A stretch of DNA of 64,000 nucleotides from Chlorobiaceae bacterium (GCA_013824245.1 PNNN01000004.1:1973-65972), one strand, 5' to 3'. Positions 51,156-61,543 are shown, counted from the stretch's first letter. A program made the numbers and translations. Notes: generated by a model from the sequence alone, not told the origin.

Positions 51156-51710
51156 TCATTTTTTCTTATTGTCAATTAATTTGTAAATCGCACTCAGATT
51201 TCTTTGCTTTTGTTCGTAATCAAGCCCATATCCAATAACGAAATGTGATGGAATGGTAAATCCAATATAATCAATTTTTACGTTAATTTTAAGAGCTTGT
51301 TTTTTGTAGAGAAGTGACACTACCTTGAAAGTTTTCGGCTTGTGGAGCAAGATCAATCTCCTTATGAAATCTATCGATAAACCTGAATCAACAATATCTT
51401 CAACCACTATTATGTCCCGTCCGCCGATTGTGGCATTCAGGTCTTTCAGCAATGTAACATGGCCCGAACTGATTTTCGCATCACCATAACTCGATAGTTT
51501 CAGAAAGTCAACCTCACAATCTACTTTGATATTTCTGATAAGATCGGACATGAAAATGAAAGAACCGTTTAGGATACCGATAATGATCGGGACTTTTCCT
51601 TCATAATCTCTGTTTATTTTTCGTGCGAGCAACTTAATCCTTTTTTGAATTACTTCTTCCGATAAATATATTTCAAATTTATCGGATCCGAATTGTAATA
51701 TCTTTTTCAT
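51156..51710 (-). CDS. hpt: hypoxanthine phosphoribosyltransferase
   Basis: 184 aa. PRPP motif IIVVEDIVDSGLS. Conserved tilS-hpt-ftsH order. Confidence 0.93.
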   Translation of the reverse strand: MKKILQFGSDKFEIYLSEEVIQKRIKLLARKINRDYEGKVPIIIGILNGSFIFMSDLIRNIKVDCEVDFLKLSSYGDAKISSGHVTLLKDLNATIGGRDIIVVEDIVDSGLSIDFIRRLILLHKPKTFKVVSLLYKKQALKINVKIDYIGFTIPSHFVIGYGLDYEQKQRNLSAIYKLIDNKKK

Positions 51711-53098
51711 GATGCCGGTTCTTTTGTTTTTTTGTATTCTAATTTGATGATGTTTTTCGTGGTTTTCGTTACCCTGAAGCGGTTATCAGACCGCATTCCG
51801 CAAACCCAAACGATCATACCGTCCGATTCAAGAATTGGGATAGTAAGTTTTTTCAATAAAGGAATTTTTTCATCAATAAAAAAATCGCTCAGTTTCTTTT
51901 TCTTATTCATACCGAACGGGATAAACCAATCGCCATCGTGCCACGACCTGATATGAATATCTTTACCAAGAAGGTCGCCATCTATCAGTTCGATGTTCCG
52001 GTTATTGGAGTATGTTCCTTTAGTTACTTTTAAACTTTTAAATTTGAATCCGCTAAATTTTTGTTCAGTCTCTAATTTAATTGGATAAACAAAAGCTGAT
52101 GGGCGTTTCCAGCGTTTTATGATAAGATAATTGCGATCTCGCAGAATCAATACATCGTTGCCGATAGAAGAAAATGTTCCGGTTGCGGCTTCCGATATCT
52201 TCAGCATCGTTGTTATCGTGCTATAATCGATTTCTGAATTGCAAAACTCGCGGGCAATATCGTACAACAATTGTTCTTTCGAGAATTGAGGAAGAGCGAT
52301 AAATTTGTTCCGGGAGATTATTAACTCATTTTTACTCTTGGAACGGATGATCTTTTTCTTGAGCGATTTGTTAGCGGTTGAGATAAAAATTTCCAGTCCG
52401 GTAAATATATGACTCGAGCGTAAAAGAGAACCGCGGATGTTTGGATTGATATTTTGGCGGATAGCAGGGAGGATCTCGTGTCTGATGAAATTTCGTGTGT
52501 ATTCTTTTTTGGAATTGGATGAGTCTTCGCGAAAGGAGATATTATTTTCTGCCGCATAACTCGTTATCTCATCTCTCGAAGCGAATAAAAGCGGACGGAT
52601 GATATTTTGATCTTTTCTGAAGACAGGTATTCCGGTCATTCCATGCACGCCGGTTCCCCTGAAAATGTTGAATAAAATTGTTTCGGCGTTGTCGTCTGCG
52701 TTGTGAGCGGTTGCAATCTTTTGGTATCCTAAAGATTTTCGAATATTCAATAAGAAATTGTATCTTAGATTTCTCGCGGTTTCTTGAATCGAAAGTTTTT
52801 CTGTTTCAGAAATATGGTTCGTATCGGTGCTCTCAATGAAACAACGTATTTTCCTTTTTTTCGCATAATCGCGTATGAATGTCTCATCCTCGTTCGATTC
52901 ATTACCACGAAGTTGGTGGTTAAAATGAGCAATCGCTATGGTCAGTTTCATCCGGTTTTTGAGATCGAGCATGAGATTTAGAAGAGTCATCGAATCAATT
53001 CCACCGCTAACAGAAACGATAATTTTCTCACCTCGTTGGATGAGTCGATTTTCGAGGATGAATTGTTGGAATGATTTAAATAATTTATCTTCTGTCAT
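51707..53098 (-). CDS. tilS: tRNA(Ile)-lysidine synthetase
   Basis: 463 aa. PP-loop VSGGIDS. Confidence 0.93.
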   Translation of the reverse strand: MTEDKLFKSFQQFILENRLIQRGEKIIVSVSGGIDSMTLLNLMLDLKNRMKLTIAIAHFNHQLRGNESNEDETFIRDYAKKRKIRCFIESTDTNHISETEKLSIQETARNLRYNFLLNIRKSLGYQKIATAHNADDNAETILFNIFRGTGVHGMTGIPVFRKDQNIIRPLLFASRDEITSYAAENNISFREDSSNSKKEYTRNFIRHEILPAIRQNINPNIRGSLLRSSHIFTGLEIFISTANKSLKKKIIRSKSKNELIISRNKFIALPQFSKEQLLYDIAREFCNSEIDYSTITTMLKISEAATGTFSSIGNDVLILRDRNYLIIKRWKRPSAFVYPIKLETEQKFSGFKFKSLKVTKGTYSNNRNIELIDGDLLGKDIHIRSWHDGDWFIPFGMNKKKKLSDFFIDEKIPLLKKLTIPILESDGMIVWVCGMRSDNRFRVTKTTKNIIKLEYKKTKEPAS

Positions 53099-53225
53099 AA
53101 CCGAGCAATGGAAATAAGTTTACATTCCGGAATTTGATCTAGCAGGGAAATTATCTTTTTCAAGAAACGTTCGCATGATATGATTTTAAAATAATATCCT
53201 TTCAAAGGAATAAACTGAAAGGATT

Positions 53226-53302
53226 TGGTAGCGGAGGAGGGAGTCGAACCCCCGACACATGGATTATGATTCCATTGCTCTAACCAACTGAGCTACTCCG
53301 CC
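53226..53302 (-). tRNA. tRNA with CAU anticodon, elongator-type (Met; Ile2 not excluded); CCA encoded
   Basis: Reverse complement ggcggag-ta-gctc-agttggtta-gagc-a-atgga-atCATaa-tccat-gtgtc-ggggg-ttcgact-ccctc-ctccgct-a-cca. G1-U72 wobble. No initiator features (no C1xA72, no GGG/CCC anticodon stem). Confidence 0.88.
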
Positions 53303-53464
53303 AAAATAGTTAAAGAAAATGTCGAACATTTTAACGATGTACGACATAATTACTTAAAAATATAATATAAAAAAGGCAGATATGCAAGGTTTAAAACTGT
53401 TGGAATTCAATCCTTTTTCTTATATTAAACAGATAATTATTCATCAATTCATTCAGGAATTCTT

Positions 53465-55270
53465 ATGCGAAAAATTTTTCTTGTTCTTTTTACATTAATC
53501 ACATTTTTCTCTTTTGCCAATACGTGCACAAACATACTTGTAACGAAAGGAGCATCGAAAGATGGTTCAACGATGGTTTCGTATAGCGCAGATTCATTCA
53601 CATTTTATGGAGAGTTATATCATTTTCCTGCGGCTGTTTACGCTGATAATGCTATGGTGGATATTTATGAATGGGATACCGGAAAATTTTTAGGAAGAAT
53701 TAAACAAGCCCGCGAGACTTATAATGTTGTTGGGAATATGAATGAACATCAGGTAGTTATTGGAGAGACAACATTCGGCGGACGAGAAGAACTTCATAAC
53801 AGCAAGGGCGTTATTGATTATGGTAGTTTGATATACCTCGGACTTCAAAGATCTAAAACTGCGCGCGAAGCAATAAAAATTATGACCGACTTGGTTAATG
53901 AGTATGGATATTACAGCGAAGGTGAATCATTTTCCATTGCAGACCCGAATGAAGCATGGATATTGGAAATGATAGGACACGGCAACGGTAACAAAGGTGC
54001 ACTCTGGGTAGCACTTCGAATTCCTGATGGATATATTGCCGCTCATGCCAATCATGCTCGCATTAGAACATTCCCGCTGAACGATCCGAATAATTGTCTC
54101 TACGCGTCCGATCTAATCAGTTTTGCAAAAGAACGCGGCTGGTTCCACGGCAAGGATAATGAATTTAGTTTTTCCGATACATATGCGCCGTTGGAATTTG
54201 GTGGAGTTCGTTTTTGTGATGGAAGGGTATGGTCGATCTTCCGGCGTGTTAACAAAGATGCAGAAAAATATATTTCATATCTGAAAGCTGAAAATATCGA
54301 TCAAATGCCTGTCTGGATAAAACCGGAAAAGAAACTCAGCGTTCACGATGTAATGGAACTCATGCGCGATCATTTTGAAGGAACAGAATTCGATATGACT
54401 AAAGGTGTTGCCGCAGGACCGTACGGCTCACCCTATCGTTGGCGCCCACTGACTTGGAGCTATGATGGTCAACAATATTTTAACGAGAGACCAATCTCAA
54501 CTCCGCAAACTGGATTTTCTTTTATCGGTCAGTGCAGGTCTTTTCTGCCAAACGAAGTTGGAGGCGTTTTCTGGTTCGGCCTCGATGATACTTATATGAC
54601 TGTTTACACTCCGATGTACACAAGCATATCTTCCGTTCCATACAATTATGCAAAAGGAAGGGGATCGCTGGGACAATTCTCATGGGAATCAGCATTCTGG
54701 GTTTTCAATTCTGTTTCTAATTTTGCATATCCAAAATACAGTCTGATAATTGATGACATCAGGGATGTTCAGAGTGAATTGGAAGGATCGTTCCTTGCAA
54801 ACCAGGAGATGGTTGAAAAAACCGCTCTTGCATTATTGAAAAGTTCGCGTGGAGAAGCTATTAGTTACCTGACAAAATATTCATGCGACATGGGAGATGC
54901 TACATATAAACGATGGAAGAAGCTTGGTGAAGAGTTATTGGTAAAATATATGGATGGAGTTGTTAAAGATGAATATTTCAAGCCGGTTAATGTCGGTTAT
55001 CCGGATCTATTTAAGAAGTATATCGTTCAGGAATCGGGTGAGGCATTGAAGGTCAAAAAACTTCCCGGTGCTGATATTCTTACTTATGAAGAACAAATTC
55101 AAACTGGCAATAAACAGCTTAACGATAAAAAATATACTGAAGCGAAAGATGCGTATAAAAAAGCATTAGATGCGAAACCGGGTGAAGTATATCCTAAAAC
55201 TCAGATAGAAAAAATAGACAAAATATTATCAGAGATGGAATCTTTACACAAATCTATTTTCACAAAATAA
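53465..55270 (+). CDS. secreted C69-family dipeptidase with C-terminal TPR-like tail
   Basis: 601 aa. Signal peptide followed by nucleophile context ANTCTNILVTKGASKDGSTMV. Confidence 0.85.
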   Translation: MRKIFLVLFTLITFFSFANTCTNILVTKGASKDGSTMVSYSADSFTFYGELYHFPAAVYADNAMVDIYEWDTGKFLGRIKQARETYNVVGNMNEHQVVIGETTFGGREELHNSKGVIDYGSLIYLGLQRSKTAREAIKIMTDLVNEYGYYSEGESFSIADPNEAWILEMIGHGNGNKGALWVALRIPDGYIAAHANHARIRTFPLNDPNNCLYASDLISFAKERGWFHGKDNEFSFSDTYAPLEFGGVRFCDGRVWSIFRRVNKDAEKYISYLKAENIDQMPVWIKPEKKLSVHDVMELMRDHFEGTEFDMTKGVAAGPYGSPYRWRPLTWSYDGQQYFNERPISTPQTGFSFIGQCRSFLPNEVGGVFWFGLDDTYMTVYTPMYTSISSVPYNYAKGRGSLGQFSWESAFWVFNSVSNFAYPKYSLIIDDIRDVQSELEGSFLANQEMVEKTALALLKSSRGEAISYLTKYSCDMGDATYKRWKKLGEELLVKYMDGVVKDEYFKPVNVGYPDLFKKYIVQESGEALKVKKLPGADILTYEEQIQTGNKQLNDKKYTEAKDAYKKALDAKPGEVYPKTQIEKIDKILSEMESLHKSIFTK

Positions 55271-55292
55271 TTTTACTCCATAAATATTTGTT

Positions 55293-55350
55293 AGCCGTGA
55301 GTGAATTCTTCAATCTTTATCGATTCAAGAATTCATTCACGGCTTTTTAT
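55293..55350 (+). terminator. strong rho-independent terminator after the dipeptidase gene
   Basis: 21-bp stem (2 mismatches) agccgtgagtgaattcttcaa / ttcaagaattcattcacggct, 10-nt loop, then ttttt. Confidence 0.75.
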
Positions 55351-55385
55351 ATTAGCGCATTAGAATTAGTAATGGCAGAAATATA

Positions 55386-57308
55386 TTGAACAACTTGAAT
55401 AAAATTACAAATCGAGTATTAATTTTTATATTCGGAATTCTTATTGTTGCATTTGCTTTCCGTGAAATATATAGCCCCGACATCGGATTTCACATCCGTG
55501 CCGGCAGATGGATTTTGGAGAATCTTAGATTTCCTGGAAACGATATATTCACGTATACATCAAGCAATCAGAATTATATAGATTTACACTGGCTGTTTCA
55601 AATTTATGCGGCAGTTGTTCACAAACTATCGGGCGAATTTGGTCTGGTTGTTACAAACGCGATTCTCATTTTATTATCGTTTTTCTTACTTCTAATAAGA
55701 ATTAAAAGTAATGGTAGATTAAGCGAGATTAAATATTGGCAGATCATATTGTTCCTTTCAATTACATCTGTGGCGGTTTTCTTTGAACAGCGTCCACATA
55801 TTTTTTCCTGGCTATATTTTAACATTCTTCTAATGGTTCTTGAAAAGAGCGGCAAGAACAATGGAAAATATCTATTCATAATACCGATTATCATGTTTGT
55901 TTGGGTGAATACACACTCACTTTTTATACTCGGATTAATTGTTATCGCATCATACGTGGTTGGCATTACGTATCGAGAACGGAAAATCCCACTAAAACTT
56001 TTACTGTTTGCCGTTATTGCTTTAGCGGCTTGTTTTATAAACCCATATTTTATAAAAGGAGTTTTGCTACCGCTCCAGCAGTTTCAACTTTTACAAACCC
56101 ACAACGTTTTTAAAAACGCAATCTCCGAATTGGTAACACCGCTAAGCATCGACAGTTATTTTATGAACGGCAGATTTGTGTTGATGCAACCGTTGATTTG
56201 GTTTCATCTCTTCCTGATAGTTAGTGTTTTCTCTTTCATTCGGAGACTGCGAACAATTGAACTTCAGGAATTTCTGTTATTCGGATTCTTTCTATATCTT
56301 GCCGGTTCGGCTGTGAGAAATATCGGATTCTTCATATTCGCTGTAACACCCGCGACGATTATCAGTTTACAATTTGTGTCTTCAGATAGAGGTGAGGCGA
56401 GAGTTGGAAATAACTTTCTAAACAGAATCATTGGAAAAATAAATTCTATCGGGTTCCAAACATTTTGGAATATTGCAATCATAATAATCTCGTCAGTTTT
56501 AATCCTTTCAGTCATTACCAATGTATATTATATTAACTATCGTTCTAACGACCGATTCGGTTATCGATTCAATAATCAGATGCTCCCGGTAAAAGGCGCA
56601 AAGTTTTTACTTGACAATCATCTGGTGGGTAAAATCCTAAATCACTTTAATTTCGGTGGTTTCTTAATTTATTCTTTGCCTCAAAAGATTTTTATCGACG
56701 GTAGAACCGAAGTGATTGGCGAAGAAATGTTCTACCAGTATTCTATCTTGTGGAATCAAATTGATAAGAAACCTATCATCGATAAGTATAATCCGGAGAT
56801 AATAATATTCCCGCATCAAAATGAATTTCTTTGGGTGCATTATCTGCGTTCAGATTCGATGTGGCGGTTGACTTATGCCGATGAGCTAACAGCAGTATAC
56901 CTAAGAAAAGGATATGCCGATAATATACCTGCACTAAAATCTACCACTGATTCGGGTGTGTCAATCAAAGTAGAAAAAATATTGAAAGCTCCTTATCCTC
57001 ACAATTTCCCGTTACTGCAATTTAAACGGCATTATTTTCCGCTTGCAGAGTTAGGGTTGTCTACATTTTATTATTATAACGATTGGTTCGGCGATGCTAT
57101 CAAGGTTGGATTGGACGGATTAAATAAAAGTACCGTGGCTTGCCCTGAAATGTATTATAATCTGGGGCATTATTATTTTGAGTTAAAAGATTTCGCGCAA
57201 TCTGCTTATTGTTACGAACGATTTTTGAAAACAAATTCAGACGGACTAGCATCAGAGCGGTTGAAAATGATTCGTTCAGGGAAAATTAAAGTATGGGAAG
57301 AAAAATAA
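55386..57308 (+). CDS. polytopic membrane protein with C-terminal TPR-like domain (possible GT-C-type glycosyltransferase)
   Basis: 640 aa, TTG start in the track. More than 10 predicted TM stretches. C-terminus YYNLGHYYFELKDFAQSAYCYERFLK is TPR-like. Family not recognised. Confidence 0.55.
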   Translation: MNNLNKITNRVLIFIFGILIVAFAFREIYSPDIGFHIRAGRWILENLRFPGNDIFTYTSSNQNYIDLHWLFQIYAAVVHKLSGEFGLVVTNAILILLSFFLLLIRIKSNGRLSEIKYWQIILFLSITSVAVFFEQRPHIFSWLYFNILLMVLEKSGKNNGKYLFIIPIIMFVWVNTHSLFILGLIVIASYVVGITYRERKIPLKLLLFAVIALAACFINPYFIKGVLLPLQQFQLLQTHNVFKNAISELVTPLSIDSYFMNGRFVLMQPLIWFHLFLIVSVFSFIRRLRTIELQEFLLFGFFLYLAGSAVRNIGFFIFAVTPATIISLQFVSSDRGEARVGNNFLNRIIGKINSIGFQTFWNIAIIIISSVLILSVITNVYYINYRSNDRFGYRFNNQMLPVKGAKFLLDNHLVGKILNHFNFGGFLIYSLPQKIFIDGRTEVIGEEMFYQYSILWNQIDKKPIIDKYNPEIIIFPHQNEFLWVHYLRSDSMWRLTYADELTAVYLRKGYADNIPALKSTTDSGVSIKVEKILKAPYPHNFPLLQFKRHYFPLAELGLSTFYYYNDWFGDAIKVGLDGLNKSTVACPEMYYNLGHYYFELKDFAQSAYCYERFLKTNSDGLASERLKMIRSGKIKVWEEK

Positions 57309-57332
57309 AATAAATTATTTTTCAATCCATCG

Positions 57333-57647
57333 TCAAGTTGTTGTTCGGGCATGCGATATTTCATTGTTTAGAGAGTTTGGATCTCCTTGATGTTTCTCGA
57401 AAGATTCGTCTTCCAATCGAGTTTCATTCTGTTCGACGTCAACTGGCGGTTTGACTCTCTTCCACGGTTTCGATCTGATCCAATCATAAAAATTATTTAG
57501 AGCCAATAGGCATAATAATATCCCCATCAACAACAAGATTAAATTTATTATATCGGGCATGCCGCGATTGATAAAAAGCAAGGAATACATAAAAAATCCT
57601 TTCAAGTTATTCTGCAAGAATGTAATTATCCTTAACTCAAATTCCAA
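57333..57647 (-). CDS. hypothetical small single-TM protein
   Basis: 104-aa track ORF. The real start may be ATG 57560 (MPDIINLILLLMGILLCLLAL...). Confidence 0.35.
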   Translation of the reverse strand: MEFELRIITFLQNNLKGFFMYSLLFINRGMPDIINLILLLMGILLCLLALNNFYDWIRSKPWKRVKPPVDVEQNETRLEDESFEKHQGDPNSLNNEISHARTTT

Positions 57648-57769
57648 ATGATCCGGTAATAATGTTGCATTTAATGAAACAAATGAGTAAAATCACTCCA
57701 GAAGATAATGTAATATCTTGTGTCACCATTCGACGATAATTCTCAATCACACATAAAAAGAATTTAGAT

Positions 57770-58291
57770 ATGGCAAGAATCAGCAAAGACGAATATTACC
57801 TCAATATCGCACGTGAAGTAGCCGAGCGATCCACATGTTTGCGCCGAAAATACGGCGCGGTCATCGTTCAGACGGATCAAATTATATCGACCGGATATTG
57901 CGGTGCGCCGCGAGGGACGATAAATTGCATCGATATAAATTTCTGCTTGCGCGAAAAAAGGAATGCAAAACGCGGTGAGCATTATGAGTGGTGCCGATCG
58001 GTTCACGCCGAACAAAACGCTATTATACATTCCAAACGCCTCGATATGATGAATGCAAAACTGTATCTGATGGGTATCGATGTTAAGTCGGGATGTATAA
58101 TGGATGACGCGGAACCATGCAAACTTTGCCAAAGGATGATAATCAATTCGGGCATCAATCAGGTTATCACCCATGGTAAAAATAATAAAATAAGAAAGAT
58201 TGATGTTGAGAAGGATTGGATTAAGAAAAACATGGGAGAAGTCATGAAGGTAAAAGGCGCTTGGATTGTTCTGGATGAATCCAGAACCTAA
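57770..58291 (+). CDS. dCMP deaminase (ComEB-type)
   Basis: 173 aa. HAEQNAI and PCKLCQRMI zinc motifs. Confidence 0.88.
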   Translation: MARISKDEYYLNIAREVAERSTCLRRKYGAVIVQTDQIISTGYCGAPRGTINCIDINFCLREKRNAKRGEHYEWCRSVHAEQNAIIHSKRLDMMNAKLYLMGIDVKSGCIMDDAEPCKLCQRMIINSGINQVITHGKNNKIRKIDVEKDWIKKNMGEVMKVKGAWIVLDESRT

Positions 58292-58332
58292 TTTATCTTG
58301 AACAGATGTTAGGATAGATTTACTCAATTAAA

Positions 58333-59475
58333 ATGAAAACAAACATCGCGCATATCGATTTGGATTGCTTCTTTGTTTCAGTCGAAAGAATTTCCAATCC
58401 ATCCCTGACCGGAAAACCGGTTGTGGTTGGCGGAAATGCGGAAGGCCGCGGTGTGGTTGCCTCTGCTTCTTACGAGGCGCGAAAATACGGAGTTCGCTCT
58501 GCAATGTCAACTGCCCAGGCATTGCGACTTTGTCCTCACTTAATCGTAGTCCACGGTCATCATTCAGAATATTCCTCTTATTCAAATCGTTTATACAAGC
58601 GGATGCTCGATATTGCACCTATTGTAGAGCGTGCTTCCATCGATGAAATGTATTTAGATTTCACCGGATGTGAATCGCTGTTTAAAAATGATTTGCCGGG
58701 ATATATGATTGAGCTTCAGCAGATTGTGCTTAAAGAATTCAATCTGCCATGCACAATCGCACTTGCTTCGAACAAACTCGTTGCCAAAATTGCCGCCAAC
58801 CAGGTTAAACCGAACGGTGTAACGTTTATTCCGCACGGAGCAGAGGAAAATTATCTGGCACCCTTGCCGATTGGAGTTATTCCTGGTGTTGGAAAAAAGA
58901 CAGAAGAATTATTAAAGAGAAATGGATTTCAGATTGTCGAGGATTTGCAAAAGGTAAATCCGAAATCCCTTCAAAATCTTTTGGGAATTAATGGAGATTG
59001 GATATATAAAGCATCACACGGCATTGGTTCATCGCAGTTGGAAGTTGAGCATACCGCAAAAAGCATAAGCAAAGTGGAAACATTTCCCAAAGATATTTCA
59101 GAGACAGCGGAATTGGAAAAAATACTGCACGAATTAGTTCAAAGCGTCAGTTGTTCTTTAAGGGACAAATCATGGAAAGCATCTGTAATAACAGTTAAAT
59201 ACAGAACAAGCGATTTTAAAACCTATTCAAAGCAAAGGAAGACTGAACCGACTAACTTCGATCCGGATATATTTGATATCGCGAAAAGTATGCTGGGACA
59301 ACTTCATGATGGAAAGAGGAAGGTGAGGTTAATTGGTGTAGGTTTATCAGATTTTGTAAGCGATAGCCAACTCTCGCCGGATTTATTTTCAAACACCGAG
59401 AAACAAGATAGTGCAATGAAAGCGCTCGATTCGCTTCGGAAAAAATTCGGTGATGATGCAATAAAGATTGGTTAA
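58333..59475 (+). CDS. dinB: DNA polymerase IV (Y-family)
   Basis: 380 aa. IAHIDLDCFFVSVE, SIDEMYLD. Confidence 0.93.
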   Translation: MKTNIAHIDLDCFFVSVERISNPSLTGKPVVVGGNAEGRGVVASASYEARKYGVRSAMSTAQALRLCPHLIVVHGHHSEYSSYSNRLYKRMLDIAPIVERASIDEMYLDFTGCESLFKNDLPGYMIELQQIVLKEFNLPCTIALASNKLVAKIAANQVKPNGVTFIPHGAEENYLAPLPIGVIPGVGKKTEELLKRNGFQIVEDLQKVNPKSLQNLLGINGDWIYKASHGIGSSQLEVEHTAKSISKVETFPKDISETAELEKILHELVQSVSCSLRDKSWKASVITVKYRTSDFKTYSKQRKTEPTNFDPDIFDIAKSMLGQLHDGKRKVRLIGVGLSDFVSDSQLSPDLFSNTEKQDSAMKALDSLRKKFGDDAIKIG

Positions 59476-59500
59476 TAAATATAATTCCAGTTTGTAAAAA

Positions 59501-60373
59501 TCATGGACGCCGTTTTTTATCTCTTTGAACATCAGCGCCTTTATCTTTATCCTGATTCTGCTGTGCACCGTCTTTCCTTCTACCCGGTTCAGTTTTATTT
59601 ATATCAGTGTTACTTGTATTATCGTTGACCCCGGGTGGTTTAGGTGGAAAAGGATGTGGGCCCCCGGGTGGAAATGGTGGGTGTGGATGTGGAGGAGGAG
59701 GTGGTGGTGGATCCCAAATTGGAGGTATTTTCGGTGTTGGACCGTAATCGGGTGGCTCTTCGCTTTCCTCTAAATCGTAATAATGATTCTGATATATAAT
59801 TACATTAATCCTATTTGAATAATCGCGGTGATATATTCTTGCAACATCAAAATATTCATTATCGGATGCGAGGTATATATTATCTCCCTCGATACGATAG
59901 ATGCCGCGGATGTTTTGCTCGTCGGGTGAAATCGCCCTGATCTCAAATTCATTTCCATTGCGAAAAAGTATGGTGTGTCTGGTTATCGAGTCAAGATAAG
60001 AATAAAATATTCCGTTTAAGTAAAATTCTTCTTCGCCGTATTTGATTCGAGCAAAAACCTGCCTGAAACCGTCATCCGAGATTAATGCACATGAATCATT
60101 CGATAATAAGATTCTAAATTGCAGAGATTGGGACTTGTCGTTGATGATTAATGTATCGGATTGAATAGAATAATTGTACTGTTTGTTATCCATCGACATC
60201 TGTTCATCGGAATTAAATTGTAATGTTCTTTTACTATCGAACGTGTGAAATTCCCACGTTCCGCGTAGCAAGCCGAGCGTGTTATGAATCTCATAATCAT
60301 CCTGAGCGGCAAGATAGACAGGGAATAAATCTGTGATTATTAGAAACAAAACAAATATATTTTTTATCTTCAT
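59501..60373 (-). CDS. secreted hypothetical protein with poly-proline / basic C-terminal tail
   Basis: 290 aa. Signal peptide MKIKNIFVLFLIITDLFPVYLAA. Tail PPIWDPPPPPPPHPHPPFPPGGPHPFPPKPPG followed by a K/D/Q-rich end. Confidence 0.6.
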   Translation of the reverse strand: MKIKNIFVLFLIITDLFPVYLAAQDDYEIHNTLGLLRGTWEFHTFDSKRTLQFNSDEQMSMDNKQYNYSIQSDTLIINDKSQSLQFRILLSNDSCALISDDGFRQVFARIKYGEEEFYLNGIFYSYLDSITRHTILFRNGNEFEIRAISPDEQNIRGIYRIEGDNIYLASDNEYFDVARIYHRDYSNRINVIIYQNHYYDLEESEEPPDYGPTPKIPPIWDPPPPPPPHPHPPFPPGGPHPFPPKPPGVNDNTSNTDINKTEPGRRKDGAQQNQDKDKGADVQRDKKRRP

Positions 60374-60541
60374 AACAATCTCCTAATCCGATATTGAATA
60401 TCCGAATCAAACTTAACAAAACTAATGCCGTAAAATGTTTCTTGAATTTAAGTAAATTCAGTTCAGATGTAAACCTTAGCGGTTGGTTTGTCCCTAAAAG
60501 CCGACTTATTGTTGACTTTTTAAGTCGGTTTAATCAATCTT

Positions 60542-61543
60542 TTGACTTTCCCTTGTTTTTTAGTATTATTTTCTGTGAAGGAATCTGAAGTCATACTGAA
60601 TAAACCTGAGGAATCGAAGTTATTAATCGATCCCACAAGAAATTATACACTCGAAGAATCGTTCGATTATTGTGCTTCTATCACCGGAACCCATTACGAA
60701 AATTTCCCGGTGGCATCTTTTTTCTTACCGCACGAGAAACGGCAGTACATACAGGCAATTTACGCATTCAGCAGAGTTGCAGATGATTTTGCCGATGAAG
60801 GTGAGAGAGTAAGCAGTGAACGAATTGCATTACTTGAAGATTGGGAAAAGAAGCTTCAACAATGTTACGAAGGCGAAGCCAATCACCCGGTTTTTATAGC
60901 GCTCAAAGATACGGTTAAGCGGCTTGATATTCCCATAGAGCCGTTGCGCGATTTGTTGACGGCATTTAAAAGAGATGTTGTCCAAAACAGGTACGAAACA
61001 TTTGATGATCTTTTAGGTTATTGTAAATGTTCTGCTAACCCGGTTGGCAGATTGGTTCTCATTATATTTAATTACCGGGACGAGAAATTATTCGAGTTGT
61101 CCGATCATGTTTGTACAGCTCTCCAACTTGCAAATTTCTGGCAAGACGTGAAGATCGATAGGGAAAAGAATAGATTATATATTCCTGTAGAAGATATGGA
61201 TAGATGTAATTATGGAATGGAGAAATGGAATAGTGGAGTGATGGGAGACGAATTTAAGGAGTTAATGAAATTCGAGATTGAGAGAACGAGAGAAATATTC
61301 TATCTTGGAGCTGAACTTCCGTCTCTGGTTACAAAAGATCTGCAATTAGAATTAAAATTGATCTGGTTCGGCGGTATGGCGATCTTAAATAAAATAGAAA
61401 AACAGAAATATGATGTATGGAAGAGCCGTCCGAAATTGCGAATGAAAGACCTCTTCCTTATCTTAACAAGAGGTTTAATCTATAACGATTTAAGAAATTA
61501 CAAAAAGAAAAAGCTCAAAAAAGAACCATGGGATCTGACGTAG
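60542..61543 (+). CDS. hpnC: hydroxysqualene synthase HpnC (squalene/phytoene synthase family)
   Basis: 333 aa. HYENFPVASFFLP...YAFSRVADDFADEG. The TTG start is uncertain (GTG 60575 is possible). Confidence 0.8.
   Translation: MTFPCFLVLFSVKESEVILNKPEESKLLIDPTRNYTLEESFDYCASITGTHYENFPVASFFLPHEKRQYIQAIYAFSRVADDFADEGERVSSERIALLEDWEKKLQQCYEGEANHPVFIALKDTVKRLDIPIEPLRDLLTAFKRDVVQNRYETFDDLLGYCKCSANPVGRLVLIIFNYRDEKLFELSDHVCTALQLANFWQDVKIDREKNRLYIPVEDMDRCNYGMEKWNSGVMGDEFKELMKFEIERTREIFYLGAELPSLVTKDLQLELKLIWFGGMAILNKIEKQKYDVWKSRPKLRMKDLFLILTRGLIYNDLRNYKKKKLKKEPWDLT

Noticed and set aside
53226-53302. Initiator tRNA-fMet assignment for the CAU tRNA.
   Set aside because: It lacks the C1xA72 mismatch and the three consecutive G-C pairs in the anticodon stem that define bacterial initiators.
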